Positions 51,832 through 64,000 of a stretch of 64,000 bases of DNA are shown one piece after another (the stretch's first letter is position 1; each line of letters opens with the position of its first letter). Source of the DNA: Raja brachyura (taxonomy: Eukaryota); contig OY740819.1 of NCBI GenBank assembly GCA_963514005.1, positions 23,870,001-23,934,000 on the forward strand, given 5' to 3'. The notes below the pieces were generated by a model, which saw only the letters and a program-made list of their open reading frames with translations, did not search any database and was not told the origin of the DNA. The position numbers were made by a program, and so were the translations under genes.

Positions 51832-54695
51832 CCAGGGTGGTGTGGGTCTGGCTGCCTTTGAATCAGTGCCTCCTGTAGATCCCTTCACTGGTGTGGAGGT
51901 CAGTAGCTGTGATGGACCTTCGATGGTGTGGTCACTCAGAGGGTAGTGGGTGTATGGAACGAGCTACCAGGGGGTAGTCGATGCAGGTACAATAACATTT
52001 AAAAGACATTACAGGCACCTGTACATGGATGGGAAAGGTTTAGAGGGATATGGACTAAATATGGGCAGACGGGCGTGGTATAGATGGGACAGTGCGAGTT
52101 AGAGTCATAGAGTGACACAGCGCAGAAACAGGCCCTTCGGCCCAACCAGCCCACATGTCCCAGCTCCACTAGTCCCACCTGCCTGCCTTTGGTCCATATC
52201 CCTACAAAGTTGTCCTATCCATGTGCCCGGCCAACAGCTTCTTAAATGTTGGGACAGTCCCGGCCTCAACAACCTCGTCTGGCAGCTCGTTCCATACACC
52301 CACCAACATGGAGTTTTGCCGAAGGGCCTGTTTCCGTGCTGCATGAAGCAGAATGAAATCTTTATGGGTTGAGAAACAGACTGATGACACATGTGTGCAG
52401 AAACAGATGGAAAGGCAGAAAGCAGAATGGGTCGATAGCTGTGTAAGGTGGATAAGATGGCAGCTAATGTACTCGGCTATTATCCAGAGGCCTGGGCTAA
52501 TGAACCAAAGTCAAGAGTTTGTACTTCACCATTGGAGCTAGGGAATTTACGTTCAGTTAATTAAATAATCTGGAATAACAAAAACTGGTATTAGTAACCG
52601 CGACCGACTTGTCATTAAACTCTTCTATCTGATTACTGGTCTTTAGGTAGGAGATTAGCTGCCCTTACCTGCTCCCCCACCCCCGTGAGAAGCATCAGGC
52701 TGAGCCTTAACTGCAATGGCTCAGCAAGGCACAGGCGTAATTATGGACGGGTAATAAATGATCTCATGGAGACAAGAGATTACAAATGCTGGAAACTTGG
52801 TCTGTAAGAGGCTTTTAGACAGGCACATGGGAATGCAGGGAACAGCAGGTTATTGATCATGTACAGACATATGGGATCAGTTTAAATTGGCTTCATGTTT
52901 GGCACACACATTGTGGGCCGAAGGGCCCGTTACTGTGCTGTTTCTGTCCTGTTCTAAAACACAAAGTGCTGGAGTAACTCAGTGGGTCAGGCAGCATCTG
53001 TGGAGAACATGGATAGGTGACGTTTCACAGAGTGCTGGAGTAACTCAGCGGGTCAGGCAGCATCTGTGGGGAACGTGGATAGGTGACGTTTCACAGAGTG
53101 CTGGAGTAACTCAGCGGGTCAGTTTGCACGTTCTCCCCGTGACCTGTGTGGGTTTTCTCCGGGTGCTCCGGTTTCCACCCACACTCCAAAGACGTGCGGG
53201 TGTGTAGCTTAATTTGCTTCATTAAATTGTCCTTAGTGTGCGTAGGATAGAACTGATCATTGGTCAGCGTGGACTGGATGGGCCGAAGGGTCTGTTTCCA
53301 CGTTGTATCTCCAAACTAAACATTAGGACGACTGAGCAGGAATGCCGAATCCCAGATCTCATGCAATATTCCTGGTCTCTTATCTGCACCATAGAACAGA
53401 GTGCAGCACAGGAACAGACCCTTCAGCCCACAAGGCCATGCTGAACATGATGCTAAATTGAACTAATCTCCTCTGCCTGCATATAAACCTTTCTCTGCAT
53501 TTCCATCTGCCTATCCAAAGGCCTCATAAATGCCGCTATTGTATCCGGCTCCACCACCACCCCTGGCAGCGTGTTCCAGGCACCCACCACCCTCTGTGTA
53601 AAATATTTGCCCTACACACTTTAATTTCCATCCTGGCAAGAGGTTCTGATTGTCTAGCCTATCTATGCCTCTCATAATTACATATACCTCTATCACATCT
53701 CCCCTTATCCTCCACCATCCAGAGAAAACAATACAAGTTTCTCCAACCTCTCCTTGTAGTTAATGCCCCCTAATCCAGGTAGCGGTTTGGTAAATATCTG
53801 CCCCCTCTCAAAGCCCCCATATGTTCCTGGAGGTTTTACCTGAGATCTTTGGTTTCCTCCGACTCACCAAAGACATACAGGTTTGTAAGTTAATTGGCTT
53901 GGTATAAATGTAAATATTGTCCCTAGTGTGTGCAAAGTAGTGTCAATGTGCAGGGATTGCTGGTCGCTGCGCACTCGATGGGCCGAAGGGCCGGTTTCTG
54001 CGCTGTGTTTCTAAACTAAACTGCACACAATCCTGCAAATATGTCTCGACCAAAGTCCTACAGAGTTGCAACACTGTCACTCCGGCAGATGTGTAGAAGG
54101 TAAATTGTTCAGTAATTACTACACAGTCTATGACTTATTAATACTCTGTTAATGTAATGAAATATTGAAAAAACATTGCAGTTGTCTACAAAGTGTTTAC
54201 ACAGTGAGCTCTTGTTAAGTATGAAACCGAGATGCAGCAATTTGCCTGAGTATCCACTTAAACAGCCGGTGTGATGCATACTACTATACTGGAAGCCAAT
54301 TTGTGCAGAAAAACATTATTTTCCATTTATACTGATATTTCAGAACTCACTAAAGCAAGGCTGGTATTGTTCAGAAATCCTTATCCCCACCTCTGGAAGT
54401 CAACAGATCGTGAGATCAAACCCACACATCGACACGGTGACGCAGCGGTAGAGTTGCTGCCTTACAGCGCCAGAGACTTGGGTTCAATCCTGACTGCGGG
54501 TACTGTCTGTACGGAGTTTGTACGTTCTCCACGTGACCACAAGTATTTTCTCCGAGATCTTCGGTTTCCTCCCACACACCAAAGATGTACAATTTTGTAG
54601 ATAAATTGGCTTGGTGTCAATGCAAATTGTCCCTCGTGTACGGAGTAATCCGAAAGCCCATAAAGAAAGTTTACAGAGAGTGGTGGATACTGCCC

Positions 54696-54836
54696 GGTCC
54701 ATCACAGGTACTGACCTCCCCACCATCGAAGGTCCATCACAGGTACTGACCTCCCCACCATCGAAGGTCCATCACAGGTACTGACCTCCCCACCATCGAA
54801 GGTCCATCACAAGTACTGACCTCCCCACCATCGAAG
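54696..54836 (+). repeat. 35-bp tandem repeat (4 copies) inside a Rex1/Babar-type LINE fragment
   Basis: GGTCCATCACAGGTACTGACCTCCCCACCATCGAA x4. Confidence 0.9.
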
Positions 54837-56166
54837 GGATCTACAGGACTCGCTGCCTCAGAAAGGCAGCCAGCATCATCAGAGACCCACACCACCATGG
54901 CCACACTCTCATCTCACTGCTACCATCGGCAAGAAGGTACAGGAGCCTGAAAACCGTGACCTTCAGGTTCAAGAACAGCTTCTTCCCAACAACCATCAGG
55001 CTGTTGAACACTGCACAACACTAACCTCAGCAACTGTGATCTTCTATGGACTGTGTCGCTGGTTACACTACGGACTTTGGTTTTGGCATTACTATGGTCT
55101 GGTTACTTCGTCTTACTGATTGTTCATTTATTGTAATGGAACATGGAGCATGGAACAGTACAGCACATGAACAAGCCCTTCACCCCACAATGTCTGTGCC
55201 AAACATGATGCCAACATAAACTAATCTCATCTGCCTGCATTTAATCCATATCTCTCCATTATTGATTATTCAATGTATGTGTGTTATTGTATTTATGGCC
55301 TGTTAAACTGCAGCAAATTAGAATTCATTGTAGGAACTGCTGCCTGAAGAAGGCAGCTAACAGCATCAGATCCTGGGCAGGTTCGTATCAGAGGCCCACA
55401 CCACCCTGGCCACACTCTCATCTCACTGCTACCATCAGGAAGAAGGTACAGGAGCCTGAAAACCGTGACCTCCAGGTTCAAGAACAGCTTCTTCCCAACA
55501 ACCATCAGGCTCTTGAACACCACACAACACTGACCTCAGCAACTGTGATCCTCTACGGACTGAGTCTTTGGTTGCACCTCAGACTGATGTTTTTGCACGA
55601 TTATAGTTGTCTAGTATCGTGCTTACTAAGTTACTTTGTTTTTGATTATTATATATGCATATGTGTGTCATTGTAAACCTGCAGCAAGTAAGAATTTCAT
55701 TGTTCTGTTGCTGCTACATAAGATAATTAAACACTATTCACTCTTGCAGACTCACAGCAGGAGAATTTGAAGGCTCCGTCTGTAATTGTACTTGTCCAGG
55801 ATGATCAGACCCTTACACACTGCGATCTAGACAGTTTCTTCCCAGCTGTTGTCAGGCAACTGAATCATCCTACAACAACCAGTGAGAAGTGCTGAACTAC
55901 TATCTACCTCATTGGTGACCCTCGGACTATCCTTGTTTGGAGTTTGCTGGCTTTACCTTGCACTAAAAGTAAATCCCTTATCATGTATCTATATACTAAA
56001 AGGCTCAATGGTAATCACATCTTGTCTTTCAACTGACTGGTTAGCGCGCAACAAAAGCTTCACACTGTATCTTGGTACACGGGACGATAAACTGAACTGC
56101 CAACTACGCCAGCTCTGGCCAACACTGCAGGAAGCCATCAATAGTTGTAACCCAGTCCGTGGGGAC

Positions 56167-56578
56167 ACCATTGTAGATGTAGCCCAGTCCGTCACACAGA
56201 CCACACTCCCCACCATTGTAGATGTAGCCCAGTCCCACACACAGACCACACTCCCCACCATTGTAGATGTAGCCCAGTCCCACACACAGACCACACTCCC
56301 CACCATTGTAGATGTAGCCCAGTCCCACACACAGACCACACTCCCCACCATTGTAGATGTAGCCCAGTCCCACACACAGACCACACTCCCCACCATTGTA
56401 GATGTAGCCCAGTCCGTCACACAGACCACACTCCCCACCATTGTAGATGTAGCCCAGTCCGTCACACAGACCACACTCCCCACCATTGTAGATGTAGCCC
56501 AGTCCCACACACAGACCACACTCCCCACCATTGTAGATGTAGCCCAGTCCCACACACAGACCACACTCCCCACCATTG
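56167..56578 (+). repeat. 45-bp minisatellite (~9 copies) inside a Rex1/Babar-type LINE fragment (~56125-56960)
   Basis: ACCATTGTAGATGTAGCCCAGTCC(CA/GT)CACACAGACCACACTCCCC units, followed by 'IDSIYTSRCLRKA' and LINE 3' UTR. Confidence 0.92.
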
Positions 56579-57041
56579 ACTCCATCTACACTTCACGCTG
56601 TCTCAGGAAAGCAGCGACATCATCAAATACTTGTCCCTGCCCCACCCTGGTCATTCCTTCTTCTCCCCGCTCCCGTCCGGCAGAAGGTACAGAAGCTTGA
56701 AAGCTCGCACCACCAGACCAGGAACAGCTGCTTCCCCTCTGTTCTCAGGCTTCTGAACGGCCCTTCCGTAAGCTAGGGGACTGTCCGATTCACCTCTACC
56801 CCATTGCAGACATTGGACTTTGTCTCTGGGACTGATGCGCTACAATGCTGAGACTATGTCCCACCTACAGTACTTGGGTTTGAACCGATTGTATTTAAGG
56901 ACGGTACATCTGACATTATTCAAAAGCATGCGAAACAAAGCCGTTCAATGTGCCTCGGTATACAGCGGCTTGCAAAAGTATTCATACCCCTTGAACTTTT
57001 CCACATTTTGTCACGTTACAACCACAAACGTAAATGTATTT

Positions 57042-60000
57042 CATTTCGGAATCACGCGAGTGACTTTGTGAAGACCCTGCCAGGCACGCATGCGCGACAT
57101 ATCGTCGACCGCATGCGAGCGACGGGCAGTGAAGAGCGTTGCTCCTCTACTGCTGGGACCGGCAGGTAAGGAAAACACTAACCTGCCGTCCTTTTTTCAT
57201 TTCAGAGACTCTGTGTTCAGAGTGCTCCAGGCCGCTTCGGCACTGACTGCGGACCGCGGGATGCGGGCAGTCAGCGGCGGCTCTAATTGTATGGAGTCGG
57301 GAAGAGCCCGTCGACCCAGGTGGGTCCGGGTTCACACTCGCTGGCGGATGACGGCAGAGGCAGCCGACTCTACACCACAGACAGCGGGCTGGCGGCATGA
57401 ATAAGTGAGTGGGGTTGCAGGCTCGCCGTGTGCAGTGAGCGACGGCAGAGCAGCAGCCCGACTCTACACCGCAGCCCGCAAGGATACTGCGGGCTGACGG
57501 CATTAACAAAGGAGTGAGGGCTAGCCCCAACTCAACTCTACTCCACAGCCTGCAGTATCCCAGGCTGTATTAAACAGGGAATGGAGCTTGCAGGCAACAG
57601 CTGAGCGCTGAGGACTTTATTTATGCTGTTGCCCCGACTTTATTTTTACAACGGGGCAGCTCGTTGACCCGGTAAGGTCCGGGCTCACACTCGCCGTTCG
57701 CAGGCAGCGACGGCAGAGCGGCAGCACGAATCTACACCACGGGCTGACGGCAACGCTACCCGGAAGTTGGACAAGCCCGTGGACCAGGAGGGTCCGGGCT
57801 CGGAGAGTGCCATTCGCGGGCAGCGAAGGCAGAGCAGGAGCTCCAACTTGACGCCACAGGCCGCAGGTATACCGCAGACTAACGGCTATGCTACCCTATA
57901 GAGGTAGTAGACAGAACCAGGGGCCCGACTCACACATAGGCGGGAGCCTTGCCGTTAGTGGCCGTCTATGTCCCGCATGAGGCGCTGGTCACCATTGGAG
58001 CTAGGGGAAGAGAGTACGCTCCTCCACCGGAAGCTCATAAAGACCCTCAGGTAAGATACTAACCTTGAGTTGTTTAGCTTCTGTACTAGACTTTGCTTAC
58101 AGAAACAATGGATGGGAGACCAGAATGAAGGCATCGAAGTATGCTTCCAGGGCCATGCGACTTCGGATGCGAATACCACGCTTCGGCAGCCGGGACCGAC
58201 TCATCACAGCTTATGTCTTATCAGACTAGCTGGCCGCCTCCGTCCGGAGAATGACGGATTAGCGGCAGGTCCGCGCGGGAGTCGCTTAGCCATGCAGAAG
58301 CGGCAGGCAGCGACATCCTGTCTAGGCACCCTTGTTATCACCTCAACGAGGTGCAGGGCGATGACAGAAGCCTCGGAGATTCTCCAGAACCTGAGGAAGT
58401 CGACTTGTCGTCCGTAGATGCGGCAGCAGTCGCATGGCCTGGATGGAGCGCATGATGGAGCGTATCCTAGAGCACAATTTGCAGCTGGACCAGATGTTCT
58501 CCAGTCCTGGAGACATGAGGCTGGGCCACCCAGCATGTTCCCGTCATTGGTGAGGAAACTACGAATCAGCAGCTGGCTGGCTGACACGTAAGTAGGGTGG
58601 AGCAGGAACCTATAGTACCTAAGACAACCCAGGAGGAACTGCTGAATGTGGTCTCCAAGTTCGCCCAGCCGAAGCACAGGTCAGCCTGTTGCAGCCCAAT
58701 TATGGGGCTAGCGGACTACCTCACTACACACCAGCTGCAGGACCAGGTCCTTACCAAGGCGGTCAACAAATACAAGGCCCAAACAACTGCACATCGGTCA
58801 ATGATGCCCATCTACGACAACAACAGTCCCGGGATCGGGCACAGGAGCTGAGATTACATAGATCCTGAAATTGCTGACGTCGGGGATTACTGCCTTTGCC
58901 AGTTCGGTTAACGGTATGGAAATGACAGTAGAGCAGGAGGATGCGCTTGCGATATTAGTCATGAAGTTAACGCTTCCCGGTATATCGCCATTTAACCGAC
59001 TCCTAAACCCCATATTTGCGGGGTTGTACAAGGCATCTGCGACGCCACCACCGAGACAGCTGTTCGGTGAGGACCTGCCCATACAGGTCAAGGACCTGGA
59101 TTAGGAGACGGAGGCAGTCGGGTTGATAACCCACCTCCCTCCAGCAGGCCGGCAGTGCGCAGGCAAACATCATATGCAAGACCTCGGGGGCCACCTGAAA
59201 GACCAGTAAGGACCTACACATCAGCAGCACCTCAACACAATCCAATGGAACACCAGGAACCAGAATGTCAGGCCCACAGGTAATCATGGAGGTAAGGGGT
59301 CTGGTTCTCCAGAGAGTGCTGCATGTATAACCTCACAGGTAGGAGAGAGGTTACATACATTATGGGATACATGGGTCTGATTGTCACTATCCCAGGGAAC
59401 AAAGCAATAGAGAAGCATGTAATAGCCTTGCTTGCGCCAGGAAACCAACTATTAGACATGCTGTTAAGGTAATTGGTAAACATGTAGCTACATTCTAGCT
59501 ACATAATTGGGCCGTTACACTATCAAAGCTTGCAAAGAGAAAAATCTTGGCATTAATAGCGAATGCTGGACAATTTACGGGCCTATGCAGCCGCCAATCA
59601 AGGCATAAATTGAACTACAGTGGTGGATTAGCAATGTTTGTGATTGTTAAATCCCATCATTACATAAAACCCATTAGTCATGTTACAAACCGGCGCAAGC
59701 ACCAATGGCTGGGACTGTTCAGATATGCTGGGAGCATGTCACGGGCTGCGGGCTTAATGCACTAATCTGCAGCATACGCATGTCCATCTTCAAAATAATA
59801 CCACTGAGGTGGCATATTCAAACCTGATGGGTGGTATCAAGTCAATATCTTGTGATGAGTTGGAAAATAAATTTGGCTCTGGTGCATTGAAAGAAATATT
59901 TGGATATCAGCTATGTACCTTCTGGTTAGCTCAATACAGTGGCGGACACAGGTCACAAGTATCTAATAACGACACCAAGTGGATGTTGAACCTCCAAATA

Positions 60001-61492
60001 TTGCTAAAATTATAGCCTAATATGGAACACCAGATATCGACCTCCTTGCGTCCAGGTGAACCATTATATACTTATATGTGTCTCTTGAGAACCAGATCCT
60101 GCGGGACTGGCGATGGACGAGTTCTCGCTACATTGGGGGAAATGGATTTCTATGCTTTCCCCATTCTGCCTCATCAGACAGGTGTTGCACAAAACGTACC
60201 CAGATTCTGGAACATAAAGGACCATGGAGGTCATATAGCATCGTGCAGAGAAGTCCACTGGGAAGCAGTACCTCACCTACATAGGATATGGGAGGTTTCT
60301 GTAGTTGGACCAAGACCACCTACATATCTGCTACGATTTCCAATGTGCTGGCATCCTCACGGGTCTTTATTATGAGTCCCTCAGTTACAGTGCTGTGTAC
60401 AGTGCCAGGAGTGCACTGTCATCCTATGTCAACAAGTGATATCCTAACTATGAGGGATATGTTCTATCCATCCCTCCCCGACCACGATATTATAATAACC
60501 AAGAGATAAGGGTGGTGTTGACCCTACTCAGGAGCTGGTCGACTATGACGGATTTACCACTGGACTTACTCACCTTTAAAATGGTGATGGCAATAGCACT
60601 GAATACAGCACAACGGGTCCAGACTCTACAGGAATTAAACCCATAATAAAGTAACTTCTTCATGAAAGAGTTGTTTAAACTACACAGACCTGTGACTACA
60701 GGTCTAAAAATGGCCATCAGGAATATGGAGGTGGATCTGTTGTCAGCCATGGAAACCCACGTCACAGGGTGACGGTGCAGACTATCTCCAGATGGCTCAA
60801 GGTGGTATTCGGTGCAGCAGGTAAGACACTAAACATTTTAAATGTCATTCTACCAAGGCTTCCTCCACATCAGCGGAAGGACCATGGAGGTGTTCATGGA
60901 GCATGTCCTCGCAATAGCGGGCTGGGCCAGTGAAACTACATTTCAGCAGTTTCATAACTAACCTGTGGCCGTTTCCCGCAACGTTTGCGGAGTCAGTTTA
61001 AGTGCTGTCCCTAAACGTTTGTCCCCGAGTTCAGGGGTTTATTGTTGTATTAACAATAATGTTATTATTGTTCAGCTTGTTCAAGTCTGAAATATGTTAA
61101 CATACTTCCTCCATCAGTATTACAGCAGTGTGTGCGCGTGGACATGATCCAGGGCATGTAATCACAGAGCTTTGAAATCTTCACGAAGTCACTCACGTGA
61201 CTCCGAAATGAAATAGTAAGATTAAACGAGAACTTACCAGTTTGAAGTTTGATCTTTATTTTATGATGAGTTGCGATGAGGGATTTCGTACCCTCCACTC
61301 CCAACCCTCTACTATAAGGTCAACTGGTATATAGTCTCTTCAATCTTACTATAACAAGTCATTTCTGTTGTTGGTTCTGTGATTCCACACCATGCGTGCC
61401 TGACGGGGTCTTCACGAAATCCCTCATCGCAACTCCTCATAAAATAAAGATTAAACTTCAAACTGGTAAGTTCTCATTTAATCTTACTATTT
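57042..61492 (+). mobile_element. DIRS1-like tyrosine-recombinase retrotransposon, degenerate with RT largely deleted
   Basis: Short inverted termini (57066-57092 vs 61391-61417), internal complementary region 61178-61289, 'GTPDIDLLASR' and 'FYAFP' remnants (~60024-60165) and YR remnants. Confidence 0.88.
60505..60960 (+). pseudogene. DIRS tyrosine recombinase remnant
   Basis: 'LRSWS...LLTFKMVMAIALNTAQRVQTL', 'TISRWLK', 'HST', 'AGWASETTFQQFHN' are typical DIRS YR motifs; frame disrupted. Confidence 0.8.
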
Positions 61493-61792
61493 TATTGGGA
61501 TTTTATGTGATAGACCAACACAAAGTGGTGCATAATTGTGAAGTGGAAGGAATATGATACATCGTTTTCACATTTTTTTCCAAATAAAAAACTGAAAAGT
61601 GTGGCATGCAGACGTATTCAGCCCCCTTTACTCTGATACCCCTAAATAAAATCCAGTGCAACCAATTGCCTTCAGAAGTCACCTAATTAGTAAATAGAGT
61701 CCACTTGTGTGTAATCTAATCTCAGTATAAATACAGCTGTTCTGTGAAGGCCTCAGAGGTTTGTTAGAGAACATTAGTGAACAAACGGCATC

Positions 61793-62807
61793 ATGAAGCC
61801 CAAGGAACACACCAGACACGTCAGGGATAAAGTTGTGGAGATGTTTAAAGCAGGGTTAGGTTATAAAAAAATATCCCAAGCTTTGAACATCTCACAGAGC
61901 ACTGTTCATTCCATCACCCGAAAATGAAAAGAGTATGGCACAACTGCAAACCTACCAAGACATGGCCGTCCACCTGAACTGACAGGCTGGTCAAGGAGAA
62001 CATTGATCAGAGCAGCAGCCAAGAGGCCCATGGTAACTCTGGAGGAGCTGCAGAGATCCACAGTTCAGGTGGGAGAATCTGTCCACAGGACAACTATTAG
62101 TCGTGCACTCCACAAATCGGGCCTTTATGGAAGAGTGGCAAGAAGAAAGCCATTGTTGAAACAAAGCCATAAGAAGTCCTGTTTGCAGTTTGCCACAAGC
62201 CATGTGGGAACACAGCAAACATGTGGAGGAAGGTGCTCTGGTCTGATGAGACCAAAATTGAAGTTTTTGGCCTAAATGCAAAACGCTATGCGTGGCAGAA
62301 AACTAACACTGCACATCACCCTGAACACACCATCCCCACTGTGAAACATGGTGGTGGCAGCATCATGCTGTGGGGATGCTTTTCTTCAGCAGGGACAGGG
62401 AAGCTGGTCAGAGTTGATGGGAAGATGGAGCCGAATACAGGGCAATCTTGGAAGAAAACCTGTTAGAGTCTGCAAAAGACTTGAGACTGGGGCGGAGGTT
62501 CACCTTCCAGCAGGACAACAACCCTAAACATACAGCCAGAGCAACAATGGAATGGTTTAGATCAAAGCATATTCTTGTGTTAGAATGGCCCAGTCAAAGT
62601 CCAGACCTAAATCCAATTTAGAATCTCTTGCAAGACTTGAAAATTGCTGTTCACAGACGCTCTCCATCCAATCTGACTGAGTTCCAGTTATTTTGCAAAG
62701 AAGAATGGGCAAAAATGTCAGTCTCTAGATGTGCAAAGCTGGTAGAGACATACCCCAAAAGACTTGTAGCTGTAATTGCAGCGAAAGATGGTTCTACAAA
62801 GTATTGA
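61793..62807 (+). pseudogene. Tc1 transposase pseudogene
   Basis: MKPKEH...[52 protein letters not shown]. Stop at ~61925, frameshifts, and the catalytic Glu codon is changed to TAG. Confidence 0.93.
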
Positions 62808-64000
62808 CTCAGGGGGGGCTGAATACTTCTGCACGCCACACTTTTCAGTTTTTTATTTGTCATAAAAATTTGGAAACCATGTATCATTTTCCTTCCACTT
62901 CACAATTATGCGCCACTTTGTGTTGGTCTATCACATAAAATCCCAATAAAATACATTTACGTTTGTGGTTGTAACGTGACAAAATGTGGAAAAGTTCAAG
63001 GGGTATGAATACATTTGCAAGCCACTGTATGTAAGAATAATAAAGCTAAACTTCAAACTGAAATCATTTACACCCGACGCTTTAGTCAACTGAGAGTTAT
63101 TTTTACACATATTAACATGCAAAAACTTTAAATACTCAATCTCTCAAGCTTGTAGGAATTTAAAGTAATTGCATTCAATTGCCATTCTCAACATTTTCCT
63201 ACACCGGCACTCTGTACCGACCGACCCGACAACCCCCCCCCCCCCCCCCCCCAAACTCACCTTCCCCCTTCCCCCAACCTCCCCAATCCCTGCAACCCTC
63301 CACCCCCATCGTCAGCTTCGTACAGTGGCTGATTCAGGTTAATAACCGTTGCCAAAGCCTTGCTGGCCAGGGCAAGAGGGAAGCTTTGTGCCTGGTCCAA
63401 TGACGAAGAGTTTGGGGCAAGGCAGGAATGTTGACATGAAGCATCTATTGAGTAGGGGAATCGGGGACCAGAAGACATAGGTTCGTCGAAGGGGAAAAGA
63501 TTAAATCGGAATCTGAGGGAAACAGGCCCTTCGGCCCACTGAGCCCAGACCGACCATCGATTACCCATTCACAATAATTCTGCACCTGGAATGAGGTGCC
63601 AGGGGTGGTGGTGGAGGCAGGTGTGATAGTGGTGTTTAAGAGGCTTCTGGATTTGCCTCATCCATGCACCTCTATGAAGGCAGCGGCCCCGTTGGAAAAA
63701 GTGCGTTGCCAGCACTTGCCATCTGGGAGGACGCTCTGTATAGGTATCTCTGCAGGGTCTTGTTAGTGTGCGGGGATCGCTGGTCGGCACAGAATCGGTG
63801 GGCCGAAGGGGCCCGGTTCCGCACTGTAACCCTAAACTAAACTCATAACTGAAAGCTGGAAAGGAATTTGTGCAGCTAGATTGTATTAAGGTTTGTGACA
63901 ACAGGATACAAACTGGTCCCAATCTACTGCCGGAGGCGAAGGATGGGTTGACATCCATGGATGTGCTGCTGATTTTTGATATTGCCCAGGCACCACACAC

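Larger units (their letters stand above)
56963..63027 (+). mobile_element. Tc1-family (IR/DR type) DNA transposon whose left TIR is split by a DIRS insertion
   Basis: TA-flanked ends CAGCGGCTTGCAAAAGTATTCATACCCC... / ...GGGGTATGAATACATTTGCAAGCCACTG. Left TIR = 56963-57041 plus 61493-61626; right TIR ~62813-63027; internal DRs AGTATTCA(T/G)(A/C)CCCC. Confidence 0.93.

Noticed and set aside
55882-56700. 272-aa ORF with TIVDVAQSHTQTTLP repeats (mucin-like look)
   Set aside because: A 45-bp minisatellite inside LINE remnants, not a host gene.

Overview
Eukaryotic, repeat-dominated DNA that is almost certainly from a cartilaginous fish (skate/ray or shark; inferred from HE1-type V-SINEs sharing 3' tails with CR1/HER1-type LINEs). 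I found no convincing host protein-coding exon. The window looks like a CpG-island promoter/first-exon region (~46.2-48.3 kb) carrying four tandem REST/RE1 sites, which points to a neuronal gene, probably transcribed on the minus strand into a very large intron. Around it lie V-SINEs, CR1 and Rex1/Babar LINE fragments, Penelope-like elements, hAT and Harbinger MITEs, TE-derived minisatellites and three N-gaps. Highlights: (1) two copies of a ~140-nt TSD-flanked retroposon made of a minimal CPEB3-like HDV ribozyme fold, a 3' hairpin and a (GAA)n tail; (2) many Penelope-associated minimal hammerhead motifs, including palindromic dimers and dispersed 66-bp concatemers; (3) a three-layer nest (LINE tail > Tc1 > DIRS) in which the DIRS circle junction and the TATTT crossover core can be read directly; (4) the RE1 cluster. 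All calls are by eye; no alignments or database searches were run, and most repeat boundaries are approximate.
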